DNA of 64,000 nt from Psammoneis japonica (Eukaryota), in NCBI GenBank assembly GCA_008632985.1, contig QPGO01000258.1:20166-84165 (forward strand). Reading direction: 5' to 3'. Shown here in pieces: positions 49,190 to 59,899 of the stretch; position 1 is the stretch's first letter; the number at the start of each line of letters is the position of its first letter. A model generated the notes under the pieces. The model searched no databases. It saw only the letters and a list, made by a program, of their open reading frames with translations, and was not told where the DNA came from. Position numbers and translations under genes: made by a program.

Positions 49190-50777
49190 TCATTCCATCA
49201 CTTGTGCATTGAAACATTCGACTGACAATCAGAGCGCCAACGCTGCCCAACCCTTTGTGCAAATGCTCTCAAGCAATGAATTCTTGTGGCCACATGGTGC
49301 AAAGTGCCACCTTTGCCAAAGGCCCCCGAGCCATTTGAAGCTGCTCAATTTCAACATCGGAGACTGAAATAGAAAACAAGTTGAGGATGCACAAAACAAC
49401 ACGTGAAAGCTCGGACACATTGTCTCCACACTCGAAACAACAACACACCTCCCCCAACTGCTCGAAAAGGCCGAGCGGCAAAGTCCGCACCCGTGCTGTG
49501 CGTGTGCAACCAAACAGATGCCGCAAGACCACCAGGCTGCGGTGAGTCGATTCCCACCCACCACAAATGTCGGCGTCGCAATCGTCAGGACAAACATGAG
49601 GCCACGGCGTGCCTGGTTCAAACTTGGACAGTGGGCTTTCTGCTTGTTCCAAATCATTTCGAAGGGTTGACAAGGCAACAGCAGAGAGCAACAATGTCAA
49701 ATGAGCTGCTTCTTGGAGCAACAAGGAAGGGTCGAATTGCTCCATTGAAGCCATGCTCCGGACAACTGATCTGCCTTTGGAAAGTTGCAAAGCCGTTGTG
49801 CGACTCGCGTTGTTGTTAAGATTTTGGATTCGTCGCCTGCTGCAATGTGCTGCAGCAGTCTTCGAATGGGATCACCGACGGTCCTTTGCGGTTTCCACAT
49901 TGGCGCATTGACACTCTGCGCTGGTCTCTGCATTGGAGCATTTGTGCTCTTTTTGGGCCCTTGCATTGACGGGGACTCGAGAGATTCGTTTCGGTCAGAT
50001 GATTTTGCAACGATGACTTGTGGAGGTCTCTGTTGTTGTGGCTGTCTTCACCGTGACGACAATCGCACTCCTCAAAAAGATTTCTTTGCACGATGCCACA
50101 GCGACAATTGAACATCATGTCCCTGTGCACTTTCAATTTCGTCAAGGTGGTCTTCTAAATCTTGTCGTGTCATTTCATTCAATTGTTCCCGCTCCCGTTT
50201 GACAGAGGTTGCCTGTGGAAATTGCCCAAAGGATGGAGGCTGCGTGCATCTGTCTGACTGCAAATGAAATGCTGCAAGTTCCATGCCAACATCCAACCAT
50301 TTGGAGTGCATTTGATGAACGACAGTCACTGCAGCAGACAAAGTGCTGTGAGCGATTGTGCCATGGGTTTTCCAATTGACGACCTCATGCTTGCCTGCTT
50401 CCCAATGCTGCAGCAATGATGCACCCGACATCAGAGACACCAGACATCAGAGATGTCAAGAAGAGCGGCAAGATGAAAATGAATGTAAGTGCCTTCAACT
50501 TTCAATGCATTCCGAGTTCATTCTCAAGTCTGCACAACAAAAGCGCTGATGCCCAACACCTGCTCACGCGGCAATGAGAAAAGGAAGTTTTGAATGTCAG
50601 CAGAAAGGTGAAGGAGGCAATCAGTGCTCCCATTGGACAGGGGTGATCAAACACTCCATTCCCGCCGTCATGCAGGTCGAAGAAATGGAAAAAGACCGCT
50701 GCAGCCTTGAACAGTGCTGACCCATGCAGTCTCAACAGAGCTTGAAAGCCAAACACACCGCCTTGATGCTTTGTCAT
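49190..50777 (-). pseudogene. Bestrophin-like (algal UPF0187-type) anion channel gene, decayed, multi-exon
   Basis: Ordered fragments MTKHQGGVFGFQALLRLHGSALFKA, HPCPMGALIASFTFLLTFKTSFSH, HWEA, HQMHSKWLD, QEAAHL..LLSAVALSTLRND, ARPFRAVGG, ARGPLAKVALCTMWPQEFI, IVSRMFQCTSDGMIG. Confidence 0.65.
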
Positions 50778-50864
50778 TGTTGCTGTGGAGTGGGCTTGCA
50801 CTCTAGAACGATTGTGCAAATGTGCAAAATGCAGAGGAGAAAGCGCTGTCATTTGCCATTTTCA

Positions 50865-52600
50865 TCATTCCTGCTGCGGCTTCTGCGGCAGAGTGTTGGC
50901 TTCTAATCCGTCCAAGAGCTGCGCAGCACCTCGTTTCATTGCAATGCTGCAATCACCGTCGCGGACAACAGTGTCGCATTTGATCAAGAGCGGCTCCAAC
51001 TCCACCAGTGCCTCAGCCGCAGCTGCAACCATTGCAGAGGCGGTTGCTTCAAAATTGTCAAGCTCGACGGGCGGCAACTCACTGGTTTCCGCTGTGGCAT
51101 CAACCGAAACTTCGGGAAGCTCCGTCAAGGATGGATGAGCGCCATTTTTGTTCCATGCATCACACGGCGACCACAACAAAGCTGTGGTGTTGGCATTGAG
51201 CAGCTCCATGACGTTTGATGAGGACAGATTCAAGATTGTGACGGACACACCATGCACATCAAATGAAGTCATGCAGCTGCCCACAAAAATGCAAGTCACT
51301 GTGCAGCCATGCTGCATTTCCAGACAGCCCAAAATGGAGTTGGTCAAGATTGACATTTCAAAGTTAGATGTCCCACCCAAATTGTTGACAAGGACACAGA
51401 GATCGTCTCCTTTTTCGAACATGGGAACGACTGCTTCCAATTCATCGACACACCCACACTTGTGAATCGCACCAACCATCTCCTTTGCAAGTTCCTTGCT
51501 TGTCAAAAGCGCGGACTGCTTCACCCCAGCTTCGCCATGAATTCCGAGGCCAACTTCAATCATGTCATCATCGTCCAGATGATCTTTGACTGCCACTGCA
51601 CCAGGCACCGTGACTGCATCAAGCGCCGCACCCAACGTTCCCATGTGTTTTGCAGTCAGTGCAGCCAGGTTTGCCGCGCCCTGCAAAGATTTCCCTTCGG
51701 CAGCAGCTGCTCCTGCAATCTTGTGAACAAGAATGGCTCTGGAAATGCCTTGAGCTCCAGGGATGCCCTTGGTTCTCTCCAAGGCCGCATCGTCGGCTGC
51801 GACCGCCACTTGGCAGGAAAGACGGGTTCCAGCCCCAGGTGGGACTTTTTGTGACATTTGCCCCGCAGAATTCCACGTGCGAGCTCTGCAGTTTGTGCTC
51901 TGGTTGATGGACATGTTCACTTTCGACATGAAATGAACAGTCAATTTTGCAGCACATGCACCTCTGTTCGCACTCGAAGTTTTAGATGACACGCCTGCCC
52001 TGCGCCATTCTCAAGACACTCGAGAATGGCGCAGAAGAAAAAAATGTCAAAAGTTGTTGAGTGGATCACCCGACAATTGCACTGTAAAATGATGCAAAAT
52101 TTCGCCAAAATCACGCAGAAATGTGCATGCGCGACATGCGACGCGCATTCAAAAAACTGTCGATGTCACAGTTCAGCAGGGCGAGGTCCCACCCAGACCT
52201 GGAGCGCGTCTGGCTCGACCACATGCCGCTCCAAAGTTCAAACGGTCACCAGCGCAGTTCTTCACCACTGGCAGAATGGGGCTTGTTTTCCCACATGAAG
52301 CGGCGCGAATTGCAGCCAAGGCAGCGGCGACAGAGGGAGACGCAAAGATTCCTCCTGGAGTGGCTCCGCTGAGCATGCCGTCGCCTGTCCATCCTGCATG
52401 ACTCGGCTCATGTCCGCCGCCGCCACTGAGAATCTGAGCACCCGTTCCAGCCTTCAAGTTGCTCTTGAGCACAACATGATGATTTTTCAATTTCGCGAGG
52501 CGAGCGAGTCAGATGTTGCAATGGCAGGCCAGCAACAAATTCGTCGACAGTGTCGGCTGGATCGCTGGTGATCTTTTTCGGCTTGGGCGATGCGACGCTT
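50865..52600 (-). pseudogene. DAK: Dihydroxyacetone kinase / triokinase (DAK1-DAK2) pseudogene
   Basis: SGGGGHEPSHAG..G.GMLS, GGIFASPS, VVKNCAGDRLNFG, LVHKIAGAAA, GLGIHGEAG, LVNNLGGTS..E, GSCMTSFDVHGVS, DGDC; frameshifts; truncated early in the DAK2 domain. Confidence 0.92.
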
Positions 52601-53082
52601 TTCTGCTGTGCGAGTTGAGCCAAACAACACCTGGTCATTTTGCGTGAGGGTCAATCACTGCTGGGAAGACTCACGCGGATGTTCTCAGCAAGAAGCTCCT
52701 TTGCACAAGGGCCGTCGCTCAAGAGCATGGGACAAAAGCTGCGGCCCAACCAACCCGCTGCACGACCTGTCTTGCAAGTCGCAGCCGAGACGGCAAGTTC
52801 TTTGAGAATTGCACTCGCATTGCCCCGCTTGTCAACGACCATGGTGTCGTTGCACACTTTGTTGGAGCTCTTGAAGATGTGCGCTCGAGTGCGGAACAGG
52901 AGCCCGCTTGTTGGCGGGTCATCGCCGAGTGCATTTTGCTCTTGTCGGAACGGCCGGTCAGATGCAAGAATCAGCTCAATGGGAATCAGTTCAACAGAAT
53001 TCGCTGGCGATTAGAGTGCACACAATGTGATAGAAAGACCCGCCATTTTGACAAGCAGAAAGCATTCATTGGCTTCCACAGT

Positions 53083-54114
53083 CAGAAAACGCATCTGCGG
53101 CATGGCAAGTGCGGCAACAACGGCGGCATGGAAATCTGATTGGACAAACGACGTCAGCTAGCTATGAACTTTGTTCTTCACAACAAGTGATGTTGACATC
53201 ATTATTGCCCCCCCAGCACCTGCCAGCATCGCGCAGGCAGACCCCATGCTGTACAAGTATGGTAGTACGAGTGGTAGCACTCACTCTACACTGGATGAGA
53301 CGCATCACGTCAAGTACTGAAGCCGCACGTAGAATTGTACGTGGAATGAGATGTGGTTTTTTGTGCAAGTCGCCATGGCGGTGTGTGGTTGTTTTGGACA
53401 ACTTCTATCGACTTTGTGACTATAGAAGTAGGATCAATCGATAATATGAAGTAGTTATGATATGTGTAGAGAAGGAAATGGTAACGCTTCGCGTACTTCT
53501 TTCCAAAATGGACCTGTTGTATTGCAAGAATTTTCAGGTCTTTTCATGCATCGCAGAAAGCCATGCATAAGGTCCCTAAACTAGATCTCTATGACACAGA
53601 AACTACCGTACAGAGTAATTTAGATATGGCGGATTGAACGGTGTTATTTGTAAGTTAAATGGTTTTAGAGTAGGTAGACTAAATGGCCCGAGAAGGACGG
53701 TGCAAAAATTTCTACTTGAAAGTTGCTGAAATTGTCCCATAAGAGGGTCGCACATGCATTGAACAAAAAGAGAAACAACACACACATACTAACAAAAATG
53801 CTGCGGTTCTAATGGTGTTATTTTTATGCTCACCAGTCCGAAAGTTGCCGCTGTCATGGGCGGTTCGTGCTGTTTGTGTATCATGATGTTGTGTTGTCTT
53901 GCTGAGTCTCCAAGGACTCTTGTGAATGTTTCTGTTGAAGTGGAGCGCGAATCGCCACGGCCGGGCGGCGGGGCGGATGGTGGGCGGGGTAAGGATGATG
54001 TCATCATTACTTATTGTGAACAACAAGGTTCTTAGCTGACGTCGTTTATCCAATCAGATTTCCATACCGCCGTTATGACCGCACTTACCATACCGCGGAT
54101 CGATACGTTTTCTG
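53083..54114. repeat. Inverted repeat pair (~130-bp arms: 53083-53212 and 53985-54114)
   Basis: GGAAATCTGATTGGA(C/T)AAACGACGTCAGCTA and flanks are present in opposite orientations. Confidence 0.92.
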
Positions 54115-54142
54115 TTCCACAGTTTGCCTGCCGTACACCGCG

Positions 54143-54319
54143 AGGAATTTTGTGTCTCGGAGGAATTTTGTATCTCGGAGGAATTTTGTGTCTCGGAGGA
54201 ATTTTGTATCTCGGAGGAATTTTGTATCTCGGAGGAATTTTGGGTCTCCGAGACACAAAATTCCTCCGAGACACAAAATTCCTCCGAGATACAAAATTCC
54301 TCCGAGACACAAAATTCCT
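54143..54319. repeat. Palindromic array of an 18-bp unit AGGAATTTTGTRTCTCGG (5 full + 1 partial forward, 4 inverted)
   Basis: Forward units at 54143, 54161, 54179, 54197, 54215, partial at 54233; inverted units at 54248, 54266, 54284, 54302. Confidence 0.97.
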
Positions 54320-54341
54320 CCGTCCTCCGTGAACCGATACC

Positions 54342-56327
54342 GAGATGACGCAGCGGCGACCCATGCTCGGCGTTGTTTGAGCTATTCTTCGTCGTTTTCG
54401 TTCATTAAAGACACGGATATTACTTTTAGGAGGTCGACTTATTAGATGAGGTCCTTGGTTTGGCGAGAAACGGTGTTGTGGTTGTGTAGAAATCAAAAGA
54501 TGGGTCTTTTTGCTTTTGTCAGCCATTTCTGAGCGGCAAAACCCATGCTCGGATGTTTAATCGCTCATTTCACTTCATCTGATGACTATCTTTGCTGGTA
54601 TCGACTGACCATAGTCACGAAAAGTTTTCCATGTCTTGGGTATGCTGTGAGTGGGGGCTGTGTCGAGAAACATCGTTCTCTCGTATCGACAAGAAACACC
54701 AAAAAGCATGGAATTGACACGATCCATACTTTGATGGTTATTCGTTCAATACACCTTTTCTGTTGTGTACCTTTGCCTGGATCTCTTTGTTATAGATACG
54801 AAAATCATCTCCTGTCTTGTGTATGTTGTCTGTTTGATTTGTGGAGAGAAATGTCGGTCACACTCGTGTGGTCTCATGTCGGCATTTTGTGATTATCGCT
54901 GACCCATGCTTTGATGTTTATCCGTTCATTTCGTCTCTTTACTCACACTTCTTAGATTAAATCATTACTTTATAGCTACAAAAAGATTAGTCTGTCTTGG
55001 ACATGCCTTCGGTGTGGTCTGTAAAGCGCAAGTGTCATTCACAACACAACTGCGACATGCACCGACGCCTCTCCTCGCTTTCCGACAATACATTTTCCCG
55101 TTTGTCTAATCTATTTGGACACTAATTGAGTCATATAATAGAATGATAATAGAATGGTAATACCAAGCATGTTCTTCTTTTATCTGAAGCTATTGTTTCC
55201 TTGTTCTCCATGGTAGCATCATTCTGGATTCTCCTCGGCTGGTCGTGCATCCGTGAGTCGAATGAAGTCCGTAATCCTCATTTTGTTCAACATCAGCTCG
55301 TTCACTAGAAGAATCATGAGCAGAGCCGGAGGAGTCGCTTGATGGGCTGCAAGTGCTTTTGATTTTGATATTGACAAAAGGACCCCGATTCTCCTCGTCA
55401 GCACTAGCAGAACTCGCAGGAACGGTGTCGGTGCTTTCCTCGGCGGACGTGTCCGCAACAGCCTTTGCTTGGCATTTCTTGGTGGATCTATTGTGCTTCC
55501 TTGTATTTTGGTTGAACTCTTCCTCTTCTTTTCATGATTCCTCTGCTTCTCGTTGCTTTGGGACAGCATGCGCTTGCGGGGAGCTTTATGACTGAAGCTT
55601 GCGCATCGCTTGTGTTGATGTTGGACGGTGTGCTCCACATTGCTCTTCACAGACCCCACCAAAGGCAAATACAAGACAGTATAATCTTTTCGTAGCTAAA
55701 AAGAAGAGATTCGATTAAAGAAGTGTGAGTAAAGAGACGAAATGAATGAATAAGCATCAAAGTATGGGTCGGTGTCAGTAAAAAAAAAGACACGGGACCA
55801 CACGAGTGTGACCGACATTTCTCTCCACAAAACAAACAGACAACATACACAAGACAGGAGATGATTTTAATATCTATAATAAAGAGATAACAGCAATGGT
55901 ACACAACAGAGGAGGTGTATTGAACGAATAACCATCCAAGTATGGATCGTGTCAATTCCATGTGTTTTGGTGTTTCTTGTCGATACGAGAGAACGATGTT
56001 TCTCGACACAGCCCCCACTCACAGCATACCCAAGACATGGAAAACTTTTCGTGACTATGGTCAGTCGATACCAGCAAAGATAGTCATCAGATGAAGTGAA
56101 AGGAACGAATAAAGATCAAAGTATGGGTTTTGCCGCTCAGAAATGGCTGACAAAAGCAAAAAGACCCATCTTTCGATTTCTACACAACCACAACACCGTT
56201 TCTCGCCAAACCAAGGACCTCATCTAACAAGTCGACCTCCTAAAAGTAATATCCGTGTCTTCAATGAATGAAAACGATTAAGAATAGCTCAAACAAGGCC
56301 GAGTATGGGTCGGCGCAGCGTCATCTC
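54342..56327. mobile_element. Foldback-like element: ~690-bp inverted arms (54342-~55030, ~55640-56327) around a ~600-bp spacer
   Basis: Arms are reverse complements with high identity (e.g. 54570-54700 vs 55970-56100) and are built from diverged ~181-bp subrepeats. No transposase or TSD identified, so mobility is inferred. Confidence 0.6.
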
Positions 56328-56490
56328 CAAAAACACAACTTGAAACTTCACGTTCCCAACAAAAAGTCTCTCCGCGCTAAAAAAATAAATCCCACGGATC
56401 GCGCGAAAAGCAATAACACGGGTTGCGATTGGCGCCGCTGCTGCACCTACCTGCCGAAGGGAAAAGGGAACAAAGCCAACAGCCAAGACG

Positions 56491-59400
56491 ATGGCACCAG
56501 CCACACGCAACACTACAAAGACTCCAAGGAAGAGCAACGCTCGCAGTCGTTCTCATCATGCCCCAGCGACGACTCTCCGGGCAGTGACAGCGCAAGACTT
56601 TGTCAGCAGTCCAAATGATGCAGAGCTGGCGCTGCTTCCCGCTGCGGTTGCTCGTGCCTTGACCGACCTTGCTTTCGACGCAGCTTCTACGGCGACACCG
56701 CGCAGGAAACGACGCAGCACTGGTGCTGCTGGTACGTCCAAGACCATCGCCTTGAATGGTTTGACTGAACAAAAGCTCCGAGCCTTCATCAACAGTGCGT
56801 CCAAGCTTGATGGTCCTTTGGTTGCAGCATTGGAGCGTCTAGCGGAAGAGGAAGGTATCCATGGGATGCTCGAAGATTGCGATGTCAAGAAGACGGCGGT
56901 CTTTCGTGACTGGCACACTGCCTACGTGACAGACCCGGAAAGCGAACAGGCGGAACAATACCGTCGTTTTGAGCTGATGCAGTTTGCAACCAAGAACATG
57001 AAACGCGTCAAAGGACGCGTAGCCAATACTTTTGCGCCTATCGGAAGCAGGGAATGCACCACGCAAGAACTTTCCCGTTATGCCACATCCCTTGTGATGC
57101 TCCTACGCGACGCTGCCTTACTCCCTCGCGAAAATGTCGACTCGGACACCGATGGTTCGTGCGACGGCAGTTGCCGTGAAGAACTCTTGTGCCGAGTGGC
57201 TCGCTTCATTATGTTTAATGGCATCTTGATCAGCGACTTCGAGAACTTTGACACTCACCACGGTCGACGCCGGCCTAGTCTGTACACACAAGTCTTCATC
57301 CAAAGTGGGCTAGCCTTGCCGGAAGGCCTGGATTACTCAGAAATTGACGACAAGGATGACCAGTGCGATCCGTTTGACCTGGACTTCAAGCAAAAGTGCA
57401 TCAGTCAGCTCTTGATGGTTCTCTTTGGTGGCAATGACTGTGCCACGCCTTTTGTCAAGCGCGTGTATTCCTATTTCAAAAAGGTCTGGGAGCTGCAGCA
57501 CTCTAGCAAGCTTAGCTCACGCATGGCAGGAGCAACTCTTTTCGAACAGCGCAGCATGTTTATACATCAATTTCTCCTCTGGGGTAGCGAGGAGGAGGAC
57601 GATACCTTGGGGAATACATCTTCAGCAAATGTGCCCTCGATCGATGAGTCGATTGCGTCGTTGGTTGCTTCGTCGCTGTCGTTTGATACCGATGACCATC
57701 CATCGGCGAATGCGTCGATTGGTGGGGTTACGGCGGTGTCGTTAAGCCCAGCCTCGACACGCAGTATTGTGCACAGTAGCAGTGGTACTAGCGATGGTTG
57801 CAAGACCCCTGGAAGTTCCAACGGCAATAGAACTCCTCTTGCCATGCTCAAGGGCGCCATTGAAGAGCTTGTTGCGGATCCGTTCAACAAGAAAAAGTAT
57901 TCTGAGGTCGCCGTGTGTGCTTCCAAATGCTATCCCCAGCGCAGCTTGCTCGTGGGATACGAGTTTCCGGACCCCGCCAGTCCAGCCGCCAAAGAAACTA
58001 GCAAGTTGCTTCGAGCAGCATGTCCGGCGACAAAGGTGGAGGAGCCGGTCCGTTTGAGCAAGGCCGAGAGCACGTTTGTGGATCAACTGCACAATCTCAA
58101 AAAGACGGACAAGAACCTTCCTGATATTCAGTTCATTCGCACCCTATTTCCACTCATTCAGAGTGCTGACCAGTTCTACAACACTGGGGGCATTCTCGAA
58201 AAACGGCTTGTCCAGTCCCACATCAAGGCGCTTCCAGTGGATTCCAGTATCAGTAATTTTGCTGATACTTTTGCTCCGTCCGCCGCGCAGGCCGCATCAG
58301 GAGGGGACGAGAATGAATATGATGCTGTGGAAAACACCGACGAATTAAGCGACGACGACGATATCGAAACAGCGAATGCCTTACCAGTCGCTCCAACGCA
58401 CACCCCTGCTGGTGTGCTAGGCAATCTGGAAGTTTTCAACTTCATTAAATCCTGCAAGGAGGACCGTCGCGAGGAAGTAAAGGATGGCAAAGTGGTTTAC
58501 GAAAACGTCTTTTCCCCGGAAGTCCAGGCATTGTTGGGAAAAAGCTATCAAAAACCGGGGAAGAGCGAGGAGGAGCAGGCGTGCGCTGGATATCGCATGA
58601 ACCAGGATGACCTAAAGCTTGTCCGCTTCGTCGATCACGGAGCCATGGGTTTTGTCTTTATGGCCAAGCACCAGTCTGGCAAGCTGGTGGTGGTCAAGTA
58701 TGAGTGGTTTCATCCGTGGGATGTTGGCGACTATCTCATTCGAGTTCTCGTAAACCATTCCCTGGTCAACTACAGCCCTCACGTCATGACTCTTTCTGAC
58801 TGGTTTGTTGTTATGTGCGATGGCACAGCGTTGAAGCAGAAGATTAGGGGTGGAGATAGACTCGAACGCAAGTGTATGATGATTGCTCTTGTCGCTGAGT
58901 GGTGCCCCGGTGGGAGCTTCAAAGCTGCTGTCAAGAAGCGTATCGAGCTTGGATCCCTCAGCATGGGCTGGGTTCTAGAACACGCAATTCAGCTTACCCA
59001 GGCGCTTCGCTGCTTCAAGCGACACAATATTGTCCACCGTGATCTGAAGCCAGCCAATATTCTGATCGGGTCTGACGGTAACGTGAAGATTGCCGACTTT
59101 GGCCTTGTTCGCAAGTCTACTCGGGGTCAAGAGAGTGGCACCCGTGGAGCTGGAACTCCTGGATTCCGCAACCATGCTGGGGTAGTGTATGGCAAGTACG
59201 ACTCTAACACGGATGTTACTGCCCTTGGTTACACCCTCCGCGAACTGTTTTTACAAGGAGACGAAGAGGGCTCAACCAAGGAAATGACGGCTGACGAGGT
59301 GGCTGGCGCAGAGGCTGCAAAGCAAGAGGCATTCACACCGCAGCAAATGGAAGAGGTCATCTCGAATAGTGAAAGCAACAAGGAAGCCCTGAAAGCGTTC

Positions 59401-59514
59401 CATGAGCTCATTCAAAGCATAATCGTCGAAAGTGATGCAACCCGCATCTCAGTGGAGGAGCTTGAGCGCGCACTCGAAAAAATTCGTGAGACGGTGTTGG
59501 AGAGCGCTGAATAG
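56491..59514 (+). CDS. 1007-aa protein with unknown N-terminal region and C-terminal Ser/Thr protein kinase domain
   Basis: DHGAMGFVF (Gly loop), VVVKYE, EWCPGGS, IVHRDLKPANILI, VKIADFGL, GAGTPGF, DVTALG; intronless intact ORF. Confidence 0.92.
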   Translation: MAPATRNTTKTPRKSNARSRSHHAPATTLRAVTAQDFVSSPNDAELALLPAAVARALTDLAFDAASTATPRRKRRSTGAAGTSKTIALNGLTEQKLRAFINSASKLDGPLVAALERLAEEEGIHGMLEDCDVKKTAVFRDWHTAYVTDPESEQAEQYRRFELMQFATKNMKRVKGRVANTFAPIGSRECTTQELSRYATSLVMLLRDAALLPRENVDSDTDGSCDGSCREELLCRVARFIMFNGILISDFENFDTHHGRRRPSLYTQVFIQSGLALPEGLDYSEIDDKDDQCDPFDLDFKQKCISQLLMVLFGGNDCATPFVKRVYSYFKKVWELQHSSKLSSRMAGATLFEQRSMFIHQFLLWGSEEEDDTLGNTSSANVPSIDESIASLVASSLSFDTDDHPSANASIGGVTAVSLSPASTRSIVHSSSGTSDGCKTPGSSNGNRTPLAMLKGAIEELVADPFNKKKYSEVAVCASKCYPQRSLLVGYEFPDPASPAAKETSKLLRAACPATKVEEPVRLSKAESTFVDQLHNLKKTDKNLPDIQFIRTLFPLIQSADQFYNTGGILEKRLVQSHIKALPVDSSISNFADTFAPSAAQAASGGDENEYDAVENTDELSDDDDIETANALPVAPTHTPAGVLGNLEVFNFIKSCKEDRREEVKDGKVVYENVFSPEVQALLGKSYQKPGKSEEEQACAGYRMNQDDLKLVRFVDHGAMGFVFMAKHQSGKLVVVKYEWFHPWDVGDYLIRVLVNHSLVNYSPHVMTLSDWFVVMCDGTALKQKIRGGDRLERKCMMIALVAEWCPGGSFKAAVKKRIELGSLSMGWVLEHAIQLTQALRCFKRHNIVHRDLKPANILIGSDGNVKIADFGLVRKSTRGQESGTRGAGTPGFRNHAGVVYGKYDSNTDVTALGYTLRELFLQGDEEGSTKEMTADEVAGAEAAKQEAFTPQQMEEVISNSESNKEALKAFHELIQSIIVESDATRISVEELERALEKIRETVLESAE

Positions 59515-59899
59515 TCGGGTTGGTCTCGGTTGTTTGGTCTTTCTTGTTTTGATGAATAGTGAGGAAGGAGTCGGACTCGACGCCATCGCATTCGTAAATC
59601 GGTGTTGATCCTCCTGGCTATCAGTCGTTCCTTTTCCGTCATCTGTGGGACTTGGAGGACGACAACTAGACGGGATTTCTTAGAACAAATACACAAATAC
59701 AGAGTAGAAAAAGGGTTCTTCTCATCATGTTACATTCTTTAGGCTCTTGTTGACCATCGTTAGTAGGAGAGTGCGTGTGCGTAACTCTGTTGCAGACGAT
59801 CGACACCTTGGCAAGGTTGGGCTAAGGCATGCTCTCAAGAATCTACTCTCAGACGACAACAGAGGATCGTCTTCAGTCTCTAGCTAGAGTGTCCAACGA

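Larger units (their letters stand above)
45330..53200. other. Hypermutated domain 4: TA+CG depleted to ~48200, TA-depleted but CG-retaining ~48200-53200
   Basis: Dinucleotide pattern read by eye; contains recognisable decayed host genes. Confidence 0.88.

Noticed and set aside
48303..52640. Alternative genetic code or RNA editing rescuing the Tyr->Cys genes
   Set aside because: The same genes carry frameshifts and truncations, and neighbouring intact genes use Tyr normally.
54243..54254. GGTCTC (BsaI) site at the palindrome centre as a cloning scar
   Set aside because: A one-base variant of the repeat unit; no vector sequence nearby.
54143..54319. 18-bp array as a CRISPR array or as coding repeats (SRRNFV / KFLRDT ORFs)
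   Set aside because: Units are contiguous with no spacers, no cas genes are present, and the ORFs are simple translations of the repeat.
54360..55030. 181-bp periodic motif as repeat-spacer (CRISPR-like) array
   Set aside because: Intervening segments resemble one another, so these are diverged tandem units rather than unique spacers.
55219..55674. 151-aa ORF in the foldback spacer as a transposase
   Set aside because: Too short, non-ATG start overlapping the arm, no catalytic motif recognised.
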